DNA of 52,300 bases from assembly GCA_000934665.2 (NCBI GenBank), contig JYFJ02002703.1, forward strand, positions 1-52,300, given 5' to 3'. The notes under the pieces are model-generated. The model did not search any database. It saw only the letters and a list, made by a program, of their open reading frames with translations, and was not told the origin of the DNA. Below are positions 1-11,713 of the stretch, one piece after another. Source of the stretch: Catajapyx aquilonaris. Taxonomy: Eukaryota. Position numbers and translations under genes: made by a program. Within the stretch, counting starts at the first letter, position 1, and the number at the start of each line of letters is the position of its first letter.

Positions 1-2
1 TG

Positions 3-48
3 GGGGCAAAGGTCAAGTGATAAGGGCAAAGGTCAACTGATTAGATAA
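3..48 (+). promoter_or_regulatory. Tandem nuclear-receptor DR1-like sites with GATA motifs
   Basis: GGGGCA-A-AGGTCA (3-15) and AGGGCA-A-AGGTCA (23-35); TGATAA (18-23) and AGATAA (43-48). Confidence 0.3.
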
Positions 49-1102
49 GCGTGCTATAGCTATTTTCCCAGTCTAAACCCGCATATTACCACTACTATTG
101 TCCCATGGAAAATGTGATTTATGGGTCATCTCAAACTTTCAAATGCGTTTTTCTCGAAATCAGTTTTGGGAGGGTTAGGGCAGTATTGCACCGACCCCTT
201 CAATTATACAATGCTTTGGTACAATGCTTTGGCTTACATGATCCTATCAGGACTACACTCGGCATGAAGCACAGATCTTGTACTGGTACTGTACTGTGTA
301 CTGTACAAGTACGAGTGTGTCGACATTAAACTACAACTCAACTAAACAACTCTCTAACCCCAAACCAGCAGCAACCGCAATCTAGAGTTCTATAGAACTG
401 ATAGAACTAGCACCCTAGACCTATACAGCCCTAGACCATCTGAGAGGATTTGTCAGTATGGTGCTCCACCGCTGTTAGGGACTATAGGCATATCCGAGGC
501 ATATTGGATTGAAAAATGAATCCACGTGATGGATCATAATTATAAGAAACTAGTGTACTGGTACAGTACGTATCATCAAGAAGTTGCTTCTCCCTCCGAT
601 GTAACCCTATGTTCCAGATGGCAACCACCTTCGCAAGCAGGTCACTTAGAGAGGGGAATAGAATTACAGTACAGAGTACACGAGGTTCGGTTATCAATTG
701 TTCCACCAATATGCGGCGTATTTTAAGCAATTAATTTTAAAATTGTTAAATTCGGGTTCCCTCCCCGTATCAACATCGGTAGCCCCGTGACGGAAGATAT
801 TCCTAAGCAACCAGTGTTTTTGTGCACCTTCATTATTTTATTCCTTATGCGTGTACTGTACATCTTTGAAGTTTGGCGAAGGGCAGCACTTACTGCAGGC
901 AACACGAAACGGTCGTTTTCGAAGGATTTTGAATTGCGCGGTCGGCCGTTCCGGTTCATCAGAGGAAACGTGATTGGCACAGGAACAAGTGGACTAGTTC
1001 TGCCGTTCCGATTAATTAGAACAGCCATTTTGGCAGACTCGACCCATTGCAAGATATAAGGTCCCATTGTGCATTTAGGTTGTTCTAGCAGACAGATCCG
1101 CG

Positions 1103-1351
1103 ATGGAGTCTACTATCGCAGACATCGTTCTCTTTATTTTACGAGAGGCGGCCGTAGTCACTTTCGGTCTCCTTGTGGGAATCTCTTTGAGGATGTTGGC
1201 CAAACACCTGATCAATGCCCCGAACATGATGAACGCTCTGGGCCGACGCTACATCTGGAATTCACCAGTCTCGTCCGACCAAGAACCCGGGGACGACACC
1301 ATCAAGGAGGAGATGGCTCATGACCGCAAATCAAAGCCTTCGGAGCATTAA
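1103..1351 (+). CDS. Possible small single-pass membrane protein (82 aa), unknown function
   Basis: GCGATGG start just after an acceptor-like TTCTAGCAG; hydrophobic stretch AAVVTFGLLVGISLRML; GTAAGG donor 12 nt after the stop. No recognisable family. Confidence 0.3.
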   Translation: MESTIADIVLFILREAAVVTFGLLVGISLRMLAKHLINAPNMMNALGRRYIWNSPVSSDQEPGDDTIKEEMAHDRKSKPSEH

Positions 1352-1857
1352 TAAGGAGATTTGGTAAGGTTAACAGAATTCTATTATTGGTAGGCCTATT
1401 GGTACTGGTTTTTCAGTGTCACATCGTTTGATTAAACAGATACCGGTATTGAATAAAAATCAATGCTGGTTAAACAATGTGACAATTCTGCAAGTGGGGT
1501 TTTGCAAAAAAATTTGCGAATCATGCATAGGGCCTATATGAGCCTTTCAATTTTATTAAAATTATTGGGCTGAATTTGCGTCGTTCTGTTTGCCACTTTT
1601 TACAAACCAGTACTGATGGATAGCCTTAGTCCCTAATAGTGACAAGTATGGAGCAGGGCAGGGCAGTATATCCTTGTAGGCTATGTGTGATTTCTAGCAT
1701 ACAAGTAGGTAGAGCTGGAAGATGTGTGATCGCACAGTGTAGGATGTATAAAAGATTGATTTAATACTAACATTGCCAAGAAAATCCTGGCAGCAATAAG
1801 CCCCGAACAATTGACCCCTCAAAGACGCAATATGGCTGGATAAGTTGCTGCTAATAC

Positions 1858-2091
1858 CAGGGGTCAAAATGTTCGGATGCAATGGTGCAATATGCACTCC
1901 CAAATTGCACTCCAAACTGAACCTTGGAAGGCAAAGTTTGCACTCCAGTAGGTCCTGCTTTTTAACATGGCTAAACCCAGTAATTAAAAATTAAGCACTC
2001 CAAATAGATAATTATTTGCACTCCAGATGAATGTTTGGGTTGCAAATTTGGCACATGGACAAAAAAATAAAAATTTAAGATTCGACCCCTG
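1858..2091. mobile_element. MITE-like element with CAGGGGTC termini (hAT-like)
   Basis: CAGGGGTCAAAAT ... ATTCGACCCCTG; five internal GCACTCC(A) repeats; no clear TSD. Confidence 0.5.
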
Positions 2092-2281
2092 CATTACTGA
2101 TGTCACATTAACACATGTCTTCATCAACATAAAGGGCGTTCCTAGTCCGTGGTGGGTCGTTTTTAGTTATCACTCATATCGCCCAAGGTAGTTATTTTTG
2201 TGTAGCTAGTTGTGTCCCTAACCAGGTGCCCTATTACTATCAGGTAGTCGAATGTAGTTGTGACTATAGTGCCTCAGGAGC

Positions 2282-2899
2282 TATTTGTCTCAGCTGAGTG
2301 CTAGTGGTATCTCTGAGTAGGCACTTGCATGGCTGATTTTCATGCAGAGTAGTAGTCAGTATGCATGTAGTGGGAAGGAGAGCATTTTATGCAAGTCTCC
2401 CATGGCTATGGATTCGTCCAAGCAGGCACAATTCACCATCATTCCTTTTCCTCATCAAGGAAGGAACTTCACCAGTGGACATTGTCCATTGGATGCCAAG
2501 GGCATGTGGGAAAGCCTGCTTCAACCACAACACCTGGGTGGACATATTGGTGCAGAAAAGCACTAAGGAAATGTTCTCTCGAAAGGTCCCCCATGCACAC
2601 ACGTTTGGACAGAAATTCCCTACACCTTTTGAAGAGAGTCTTGGGGTTAAAACTGACATTCCCATGGACCTTCTGCATCTGGTGGACAATGTCCACTGGT
2701 AAAGTTCCTTCCTTGATGAGGAAAAAGGATGATGGCTATAGTTGTGCATGTTTGGACGAATCCATAGCCCTGGGAGACTTGCATAAAATGCTCTACTGCC
2801 CACTATATGCATAGACTACTGACTACTAATACTCTGCATGAAAATTAGCCATGCAAGTGCCTACTCAGAGATACCACTAGCACTCACCTGAGACAAATA
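2282..2899. mobile_element. Foldback/MITE with ~230-bp inverted arms
   Basis: TATTTGTCTCAGCTGAGTGCTAGTGGTATCTCTGAGTAGGCAC... is mirrored by ...GTGCCTACTCAGAGATACCACTAGCACTCACCTGAGACAAATA; TA at both ends. Confidence 0.8.
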
Positions 2900-4014
2900 T
2901 ATTGAAACCTTCCAAGATTGATTTTGCAGTTAATCCCAATAAATTTTTTGGGAAGTTGTTCCTCATAATATTAGATCAAAAAGTGAAACTCAGATATCTG
3001 TCCCCCAAGTAGTGACAACCTGGGCTCAAAAGTCGACAATTTGCACATTTTTTTTTTTGCACTTGAAATGGCCACAGCAGGCACTAAAAAGCTGCCGGAA
3101 TTTTAATGTTAATTTTTCAGACACTAGTATGTTGATGATTGCCAATTTTTTGAGTCGTATCTTGTTCAAGAACGATAATTTTATTCAAATATTAATATTA
3201 TTAAATATTATTGCCAGGAGTTCGGGAGCCAGAAGAATGACCTTTGGATGCATTAGGATTAATATCACGGTCCAGAACAAACGCTGACTCTAGAAATTTC
3301 TGTCAGGTGATGACATCCCTTGATAACATGAAATCACATTTATTTCAAAACATTTCAGTTATTATGTGCCATAGAAAAGTGAGCCAGGAGTGTGACTGCT
3401 AAATGTGCTACATAACTTAATTTAATACTCCTTAATTTTTCAACCCACTAGGAGATACCTCTTGCACAGCAATCTGTAGTTAAATCAAAGTGTCATTGAG
3501 AAGCAGTGTTGCCAAATAATGGAGTAAAAAATTCATTTGTTTCAAGCTGCAAATTTAAAAATATATCCTGATACCGGAGAATAACATGAAAACTCTGGAC
3601 ACACTTTGGAGTGATGCAGCAGGGTCATGTCAAATCATTAAATTGTTTATAAAGTTTTGTTTTATACCTTCAAGTATGTACAATTTAATTGCAGTGGCCT
3701 GGCACGGGGTAAATTTAAAAAAAATTAATTGTAGTATTGGAATTTGTCTAATGGTAATGATAAAATTGTAAGAAAATAACGTACTTTAAAATAAGATCAT
3801 GACACGCCAGGACGAGTGATTTTAGGCCCTTAGACATTTTTTTGCAGTAAAAGATAATTTAATATTATTTTCTTTTGTTTTCATGCGGATGGCTAGGTGT
3901 CAAATGCTTCTACAAAAAGTGCTTAAAAATCAACTCTCTCAATCAATCCATTTTTGAGTTATTATGCTGGGACATAGTCTAGTATTGGTAAGTTTTTGGA
4001 GAATCACTCATTTA

Positions 4015-5318
4015 CAGGGTGTAACAAAAGTTTTGCCCCACCACATATTGTGCTTAATAATTTTTTTATTAACATGAGGTATATATGTGAATGTTAGACG
4101 TGTATTTGGACTTGGAAGGATGTAAGGCATGTCAAAATTCAGTATTCAGACCATTTCTCTCCCAATACTGAGCTTCATGGCTGCCAAAACTATCCACAAC
4201 TTTGAATGCATCCTCTTGTGTGACGCTTGCCCATTAGGACTGGTCAACTCTCTTAATTAACTGGCCATGATTTTTTGGACTGGCTTCCTTAAAGACACTG
4301 AATTACAACCTGGCACACAAGTGTTCAATATGCTGTAAGTCTGGTGAGTTTACAGGCCAGTCAAGCCACATCTTTCCACACGTCTTTGTGCTGCTGCAAT
4401 GGAACAGTGCAATGTGGCATTTTGCTTCATTTTGTATGAGAAGAATCAGGTTCTGTTTTAAGAAGGTCCAATGGTTCTTCATTGTCTCTCCATGCTTGGG
4501 CAACATTTCATCACTACAGTATAATATTCCCCGTTGGTTGTTTTCTTTCATCAACAATCAGCAATTCAGTGTTTTGTTCTGGAAAGACGGAGTTGCTGAT
4601 TGCTGACAAGGAATCCTGGACACGGATTCCTAGAAAAGTGAATCCACTAACCAGCACTGACATCGCCATCCTTTTTTCCCTTCCATCTCTTCTTATAGTA
4701 TTACCGAAACCTTTGTCGGTTTTGCTCCTTTTCTAATGGAATGCCCAGAGAGGCAATGGCAGAGACATAGGCAATGTCACAATGCTTGGATCTTGCACCT
4801 GATGTGCTTATCATTGTGAGAAGGCGCTTCTCTTAAAAGTGACTGAGAAAAGTACTGCATTTGATTAATATTACTGTAGTAACCACATTTGTCATTTGTC
4901 ATTTATCAAGTGTAACAAAAGTTTCTGCCTGGGCCAGTAACTTTTGTTACAGTGTAAACATCCATATTCCAGCATATTAAAGGTTTCTTTATGACTTTTG
5001 TTATGCACCTCAAATCTACCATTAATACTTAAGAGAACCTTAATAATCTTTGGCCACCTATCAGGTCTCGAGAACAAAGCACCTGCATGGGAGCCTCTTG
5101 ACAGACAACACTTGCATTGCACACCTCTCACTCATATGAGCACAAAATCAGGTCAGTCAGGAAATGGAAGGTAAAATGAGTCATACAGGTGACAGCACAT
5201 TCTGGAGCTTCTGAGAGTACAATGATATCAACAGAAAAGTTGAGGGTACCTTTAAAAAACAACTGAGAACTTCCACTTGTAAAATATTGACTGGGCCAGA
5301 AACTTTTGTTACACCCTG
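4015..5318 (-). mobile_element. Degenerate Tc1-family DNA transposon (~1.3 kb)
   Basis: TIRs CAGGGTGTAACAAAAGTTT / AAACTTTTGTTACACCCTG with TA on both sides. The minus-strand ORF remnant 4303-4557 has LIQNEAKCH...WLDWPVNSPDLQHIEHL, matching the Tc1 QDNAxxH...WPxxSPDLNPIE catalytic motif. Confidence 0.88.
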
Positions 5319-5496
5319 TATTATACTGTATACAAGTCGAACAGTTGTCACCGCTTCGGCCATTTCTTATGCGATGGGGTGACTTAGAGACGCCTCGAGG
5401 TGTCTCTCACTTCACTACTATTAACTACTCAGTTCTATTTTTAGCAGTGCCTAATCAGATGAAGCACGAAAATTTTCCATCTGCCCGAAGATAATA

Positions 5497-5802
5497 CAGT
5501 AGAACCCCGATTATCCGTCGCCCACGGAACTGGGGCATTGTCGGATAACAGAAAAAGTCGGATAATCCGAGGAGCAAAGGAAAACAACAAAAATCATTTA
5601 AAAAAATCATAAAATAATGTACAATATTACGCTTTTCTAAGAAATAGAGAAGTATTTATCTTTTACGTACACACTCTCCAGTTTAAAATTTAACTAAGGC
5701 AATACAAAACAAATTATTAGTAGGCCTACATTACGGTATTTGATGAGAAAACATTTATTGCTGGAGCGGATAATCCGAGGTTGGATAAAAGGGGTTCTAC
5801 TG
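5497..5802. mobile_element. pogo/Tigger-like MITE
   Basis: TA|CAGTAGAACCCCGATTATCCG ... GGATAAAAGGGGTTCTACTG|TA; internal CGGATAATCCGAGG repeats. Confidence 0.8.
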
Positions 5803-5827
5803 TAGTCAGAATCAAAACCTCTAAAGC

Positions 5828-6003
5828 CAGGGGTTCTCAACCTTTTCGGGACTCCTCACCCCTTTGAAGACTGCTGGTCCTTGTCGCACCCCCCTCCCCC
5901 TACCAGGCGTGATTGAAGTTCATAGTTAGACTAATAATTCCAGGGGTGCACCTTGCTCGCACCCCCAAGGAGGCCACATCGCACCCCAGGTTAAGAACCC
6001 CTG
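5828..6003. mobile_element. hAT (Charlie-like) MITE
   Basis: CAGGGGTTCTCAACC ... GGTTAAGAACCCCTG; flanks CTCTAAAG(C)/CTCTAAAC approximate an 8-bp TSD; internal TCGCACCCC repeats. Confidence 0.75.
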
Positions 6004-7240
6004 CTCTAAACAGTGACTAATTGTGAGAAAATTCCACCCATTGTTTGTGAACAATATGCGACTCAAAAAATTGGCCATAATCTGCAGTCATCATTAAAAT
6101 ATTAGTTAAAATTATTGCAGGTTCCTGGCAACTTTTGTGGCCATTTCAAATGATAATACATAGCATTTTCAACGTCAAGTCAGGCTTTCACTGCTTAGAG
6201 AACAAATTATACGTATTTAAAAACTGACTGTGATAATTACGAGGAATATTTTCACCTAATATTATCAAGAACAACTTCCAATTGTGGTATGCATCGTGGT
6301 ACAGTATACACCCCAAAATCAACCCTGAAAGGAATCATTTCGGACAGGTGACCTGTCACCAGACTTGTTAGGTAGACTAATTACTTACGTATACGTTGGG
6401 TGGAGGTATTGCTTTGTTACTTTTGGACATTTGGATGACTGATGGACTGTTTATTTTAGCAGAGATAAGGCTGTGCATTTTTAAATAGGAACAGTCATAG
6501 TCGAGTTTCAGTAATACCTGCTGCCTCTTCGCTAACTAACAACAGCAGATCCGATGTGTGTGTAAGTGTAACTGACCTCTCTCTTGTAACACATGTGAGA
6601 TGTACTTTTCCCATATTCTTAATGTAGTATTTCAAAAAGTCATTTGCATTCGGGAGTAAATTGCGCCGTCGTAAAATTTTAAGTGATGTCGTAATAAGCA
6701 CCAAAAAATGCGGAAAAATGAGGTGCTCCGGACCTGTGAAGCCGATTTTTATATTTAGCTATAACTTTTCGTCAAATAATAATTTTGTCAAAATTTGACT
6801 GATTTGAGAACTACTAGAAGTTGGGGAAACCCTAATTTTTGCGGTTTTTATTGTGCCTCGAGGGAATGGTCAACCCCAAACGCGACCTTTCGTTTGTGTA
6901 GGGAGGGTGGGATCCACTGTCTCCTCTTTCGGCCAGAGTTGGAACTCGAAGAAGTCCGGATTTTCGTTATCCCCCCCTTATCTTCGGCGCTGCTCATGGG
7001 TCTCAGAATTATGCCGAATCTTCTGATGATGCCTTGATCAATTCCTTTCATACAATAATAATGAAATATAGGGTGAGGATTTGACCTATCGTCGCTTTGA
7101 AGGATGATAGAGGGCTTCCAGGCGATCATTTTAAATGTAGGAATCGTGGGACTCCGCAGCATAGTTACGGGGACAATGTGCTTCAAACACAAGGTATAAA
7201 ATATCCTGACCTGTATGCGTCCCTCCACACGACCCTACCT

Positions 7241-7729
7241 TTTAGACTTTTTCGAGGAAAAAAGTATTATAGAACGGCTCTGTCTGTCTGTCTGTCTGTG
7301 GACATGTATCAGCCTGGCTGCCCCCCTCCCCCCACCACCCCCTACCCCTGGCAGCCCATTCCCCTCAGACCAGACAGACAGACAGCCGTTTTATAAGACT
7401 TTTTTTCGATTTTCGGGTTCCGGGTTCACTCTATCCGCCCCCTCCCCTGGCTGCCCCCTCCTCCTGACCGCTCCCTCCCTCAGATCACCTTGCCCCCTCC
7501 CTCCTCCTACCCACTAATACCTGATACCTGTCCACAGACTGACGGACGGACAGCCGTGCTATAAGTCTTTTTTCGATGGATGAGAAAAGGTCTAAAAGAT
7601 GGGTTTGCTAGGATAGATTTTTTAAGGGGGAAAGCGGCGGTCTGGGGGTAGGAGGAGGGAGGGGTAGGTGGAGGGAGGGGGAAAAGGGTAAGTCCACTTT
7701 TGGCCGAAAATGAGTTATGGGTGGTTTCA
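7241..7729. repeat. Interspersed repeat with (GTCY)n microsatellite, internal inverted arms and C/G-rich tracts
   Basis: 7241-7311 is inverted relative to 7520-7596. 7589-7729 is the reverse complement of 25776-25918. The core is also present at 26631-26745. Confidence 0.7.
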
Positions 7730-8198
7730 GTTTCAGTCCCAGTTCCGTGACGGACGTTGGGGACAATAGCAGTAAACATGAAAAAGTCTACTCAAATCAC
7801 GCTCACATGATTTGCCAATATTGTTTAATTTATTTTAGGTGTTACCATGTAATTTAATTTTAATTTGCGATCATATTTGGTATAGCAAGGAATGGCCTAG
7901 GGACCTAGGCGATGGAAGTATCGTAAGCAGTATCCGAACCCTCTTTATTTAATGATAATTTTCTATGCGGCGGAGACCCATGTTGCATATATAATACTCA
8001 AAGTGATCGCCTAGAAGTCCTTTATCATTTCCCAAAGCGACGGTAGGTCAAATTTCCGCACCCTGAATAGAACGAGAAGTGTCGAACATAATTATACAGT
8101 AGTATTCAATGTGAAACTTACCTGTTAGGCTACTTCGGCAGATAACTTTGGGTTGACAAAGAATCGCCTCAAAATCGCCTCATTATGAAAATGCAGGC

Positions 8199-8386
8199 AT
8201 CATCTTGAGTCGTCTCACTTTACAGCACCGGTTACAGAAGTACAGTATGTGCTTCCTGTGAAATGTTAGCAGAAATAATTTATGTGTAAGCTTCGACTAC
8301 ACGAACAAAAGCTTGCGCAAACTAAGAGTTAAGTTCGGGTCTCCATGCATGGTTATCAAAGAAAATAGTTGCTTGAGCAATAGTTA
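8199..8386 (+). repeat. Diverged local direct repeat, copy 1 (copy 2 at 10560-10762)
   Basis: Shared blocks ATCATCTTGAGTCGTCT...GTGCTTCCTGTGAAATGTTAGCA...GCAAACTAAGAGTT...CTTGAGCAATAGTTA. Confidence 0.8.
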
Positions 8387-8818
8387 CCGTGTTCGGACCA
8401 AAATCGCTTCTGTAGGCTAAAGCCTGTGTGATTGTAAAATTTTATACTTAGCCCATTAATCACCGTTCTGAACGAAGTAAAGTATCGCTCTGATGATGGA
8501 CATCCTAGTGAATCACAAACGTGTAAGCGAGGCGTGTTATAAACAAAAATCATGGCACCTTTTTCACGCTGCGATAATAAGTTACATTACTACAGTAGGC
8601 TATTTGAGTTCTAATGTCAAGTACTTACACTCCCTAACTTGCTACTGGCAGCTACTGGCAGCTTAATTCTATATGCTCACTTACTCATACAGCAGGACAT
8701 GATGGCAGCAATTTCATGATTTCCTGGTAGTTCCTCCGTTTTGGGGGGAAGGTTTTATCAGGTTAATCTCTGAAATGAATGTATACAAATTAAATCATTT
8801 TTTGCAATATTAAATATA

Positions 8819-9138
8819 CAGGGTGTCTCATCTTTTTTGTCCGAACAGTTATCGGAAAATTGCGCGTAGCTGCTACTTTTTAAGCAGTGACTTGCAACCG
8901 GTGATTTGTCGAAGGAATGGGGAATGGGGAAAAAGAGGGTCACACAAACCATGGCATGTGTGGCCCTCTTTTTTCCAGGCTTGACGCTCAATTTTCAGCG
9001 GGCAGCACATATGCCACTTCAACCTACGATTCGCAAGGAATATTCCCCGTTCCTCCGAAAAATCACCGTTTGCAAGTCACTGCTTAAAAAGTAGCAATTT
9101 TCCGATAAATGCTCGGACAAAAAAGATGAGACACCCTG
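8819..9138. mobile_element. Tc1/mariner-type MITE (~110-bp TIRs)
   Basis: TA|CAGGGTGTCTCATCTTTTTTGTCCGA ... TCGGACAAAAAAGATGAGACACCCTG|TA. Confidence 0.85.
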
Positions 9139-10324
9139 TATAATAAACGGAAACTAAAGCAATATTCTTATTCTTTAAGAATCATTAAACTATAAAAATA
9201 CTGTACATTCTTGAACTTTCTTAATAATAGTCGACTGCATAACTGAGTAACGTAATCATATAATATATTATGATTTATGAACGTATTTTCTAGCGAAAAT
9301 GGCATGTCTTAAAATATGTATTTTCCCCCTGATTTTGATACCCTGTGATACCTTTAATACAAAAGGTATGGACACATAACTTATTACCCCACATGTGACA
9401 CACATATCTAGCACTTTCATTTCAGGCACCGTGTCACTTCTAAAGTTCCAGCAATAGTAGTCAAAACTCAATTTTTGATTAAGTATTTCAGCTTTCAGAC
9501 CACTGTGGGGCGGGGCGAGTATGTGGCAAATCTGTGCTAAATTATTATCAATCTTGCTCACTTGTTTGCCGATGACCTTCAACTCTCACTTACCGTATAC
9601 TTCCTGTATACTTCTACAGTTTGCTGAGTTCATTCCCCGCCATGGTAACCGTGATCATCCGCAGAAGACTGCAGAAGGAGGAAGGCTCAGTAGAATACAA
9701 GTAGTATGCGGCAAGAAGACGAGAACTAAGCGTGGAACCCTGGCGTGGAATAATCAATTAAATGCTGTAACCTTTTTAAAAAGTTCATTCGTTGAAATAA
9801 ATACTTCATATGATGATGTGAAAGTGCGCCAGAAATCACTGCAACAGTTATTACAGAAAGTGCAACAAATATCCATGCAATTTTACGTGTCCAGTATAGA
9901 ACCCCTTGTGTACTGACTGTATTGATGGAAGTGTTACACACATTAATAGACATAATTATTTTATTCAGAGTAAGACATGGATGAGTATACAGTGGAACAC
10001 TATCATTGCATTTTAAATAATGGTGCTATGCTATTTGCATGAGATGAATGTAACTTCGGATTTGGACAAGTCTTGCCTTGAAGAACTTTGGTTTAAGATT
10101 CTTCAGTTGGAAGCCAATCGCATTCATACTTTGTGGTGAGTAGCTACAAGATTTGGTAATTTTTTAAATGGACCTTCACCAAGCCTTGGCAATCCGAAGC
10201 TTCAGAAAGCGTCACCGTAACTATTGTGTCTTCGGCAGGTATGCTATTATTTTATTTTATTTAAAAATAAAATCTGGAACCTTGTCTTGGCACTATACAG
10301 CCATCAGCATACTTGATATACATA

Positions 10325-10534
10325 CAGTCGACTCCGGATATAATAGAATATATTCAAGGAACTGCAGAAATCACTATCTCGACTATCCTGTAACCGAGGT
10401 CTCTTATTATACGTATCCCATAGATTAATCTATGTTATATTCAAATGAACAAGTCTTATGCCGCATGCCAGCCTTTCGAGTTGGCTATAACCGAGGTTGC
10501 TTATTTCCGAGGTTCTTATATCTTGAGCCGACTG
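10325..10534. mobile_element. pogo-like MITE
   Basis: TA|CAGTCGACTCCGGATATAA ... TTATATCTTGAGCCGACTG|TA; internal (TAA)CCGAGG repeats. Confidence 0.65.
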
Positions 10535-10559
10535 TACTGTACTAAATAAAAATTCAGGA

Positions 10560-10762
10560 ATCATCTTGAGTCGTCTTACGTTACAGCACCGGTTCGAGAG
10601 GTGCTTCCTGTGAAATGTTAGCAAAAATTGATGTGTAAGCTTCGACTACAAGACTACATGAACAAAAGCTTACGCAAACTAAGAGTTGGTTAGTTCGTGT
10701 CTCCAGGGTTAACAAAGGAAGGAGTATAGTTACTTGAGCAATAGTTACTTGAGCAATAGTTA
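10560..10762 (+). repeat. Diverged local direct repeat, copy 2
   Basis: Same blocks as 8199-8386, plus a tandem duplication of TAGTTACTTGAGCAA. Confidence 0.8.
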
Positions 10763-10779
10763 GCTTTAACCCTATAGAT

Positions 10780-10860
10780 CAGTGGTTTCCAACCTTTTAC
10801 CAACTGCGACCCCCTAAACATGTTTCCATAAATGTGCGACCCCCCCCCCCCCCCCNCCCC
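10780..10860 (+). mobile_element. hAT MITE left-end fragment
   Basis: CAGTGGTTTCCAACCTTTT followed by GCGACCCC repeats; no right end seen. Confidence 0.45.
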
Positions 10861-11713
10861 GGCCCCTTCTACAACTGACCCATTTCCAGAAAACATACCA
10901 CTCAAGGAGCAGTACCGTCGCGTCGGTCGTGTCGCCCACTCGTTGCACGTCCCAGCTTTTCCCTGCCTCAGGATGAGTTCGATGATTCCCTGTAGGCCAC
11001 GCCAAAAGAAGCTTGGCCAGGGACTTGAGCAGTGGCCGTAAGTACAGGTAGCAATATATTATATTGTTGGGTGATGTAACCTATACAATATAATCTCCCT
11101 TCTGTGTCGCAGGAATGTGCAAGGAGATAGTCCGCCTTTACTTGCCACGGCTCGTGGACCTCCACCTAACCTAACTACCAGCCTTATTGCGGATTCAAGA
11201 ATAAGATGGAAAATTAGTCTGGCCTCAACTAGAAGGTTAGATGTGAATTACATTTTTATGACCGATTAATAGCATCTACGATACCTCTGGATACTCAATG
11301 GCCGCTCTTTACAGATATTCCGCGAGCATAATTGTATATACCATCATCCCGGTCGGTGGAAGATGGCGAAGAAGAGACCCATGTGAAGACATTCTTGACC
11401 TGAGAGTCGTTGTTGAGCGATTAATAACATCGAGAGACCATGTCTGGCTATTTATTTAAAAAAATCTGGACAATATTTTTATATCAAAAAATCAAAGGTT
11501 TGACATAAAAATCTTACACATGATGGAGTATGTTCATTTGTGTATACAATAATATGTTAGTTGATCATCTGAAGAGTGAATATTGAAATTGATGCCGAGG
11601 CTTAAACAACTTAGCTAATAAAAATAAGAGTGGTGTTTTCTAAACGCGGAACGTACAGTTACAATGATTGCATCGAATTACTAATTACTGGAGGTGTAGG
11701 GGATAATACCGTA

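Noticed and set aside
2342..2814. Mirror-image 141-aa ORFs on both strands
   Set aside because: A by-product of the foldback element's symmetry.
10840..10860. Poly-C run with an ambiguous base at 10856
   Set aside because: Probably sequencing uncertainty in a homopolymer.
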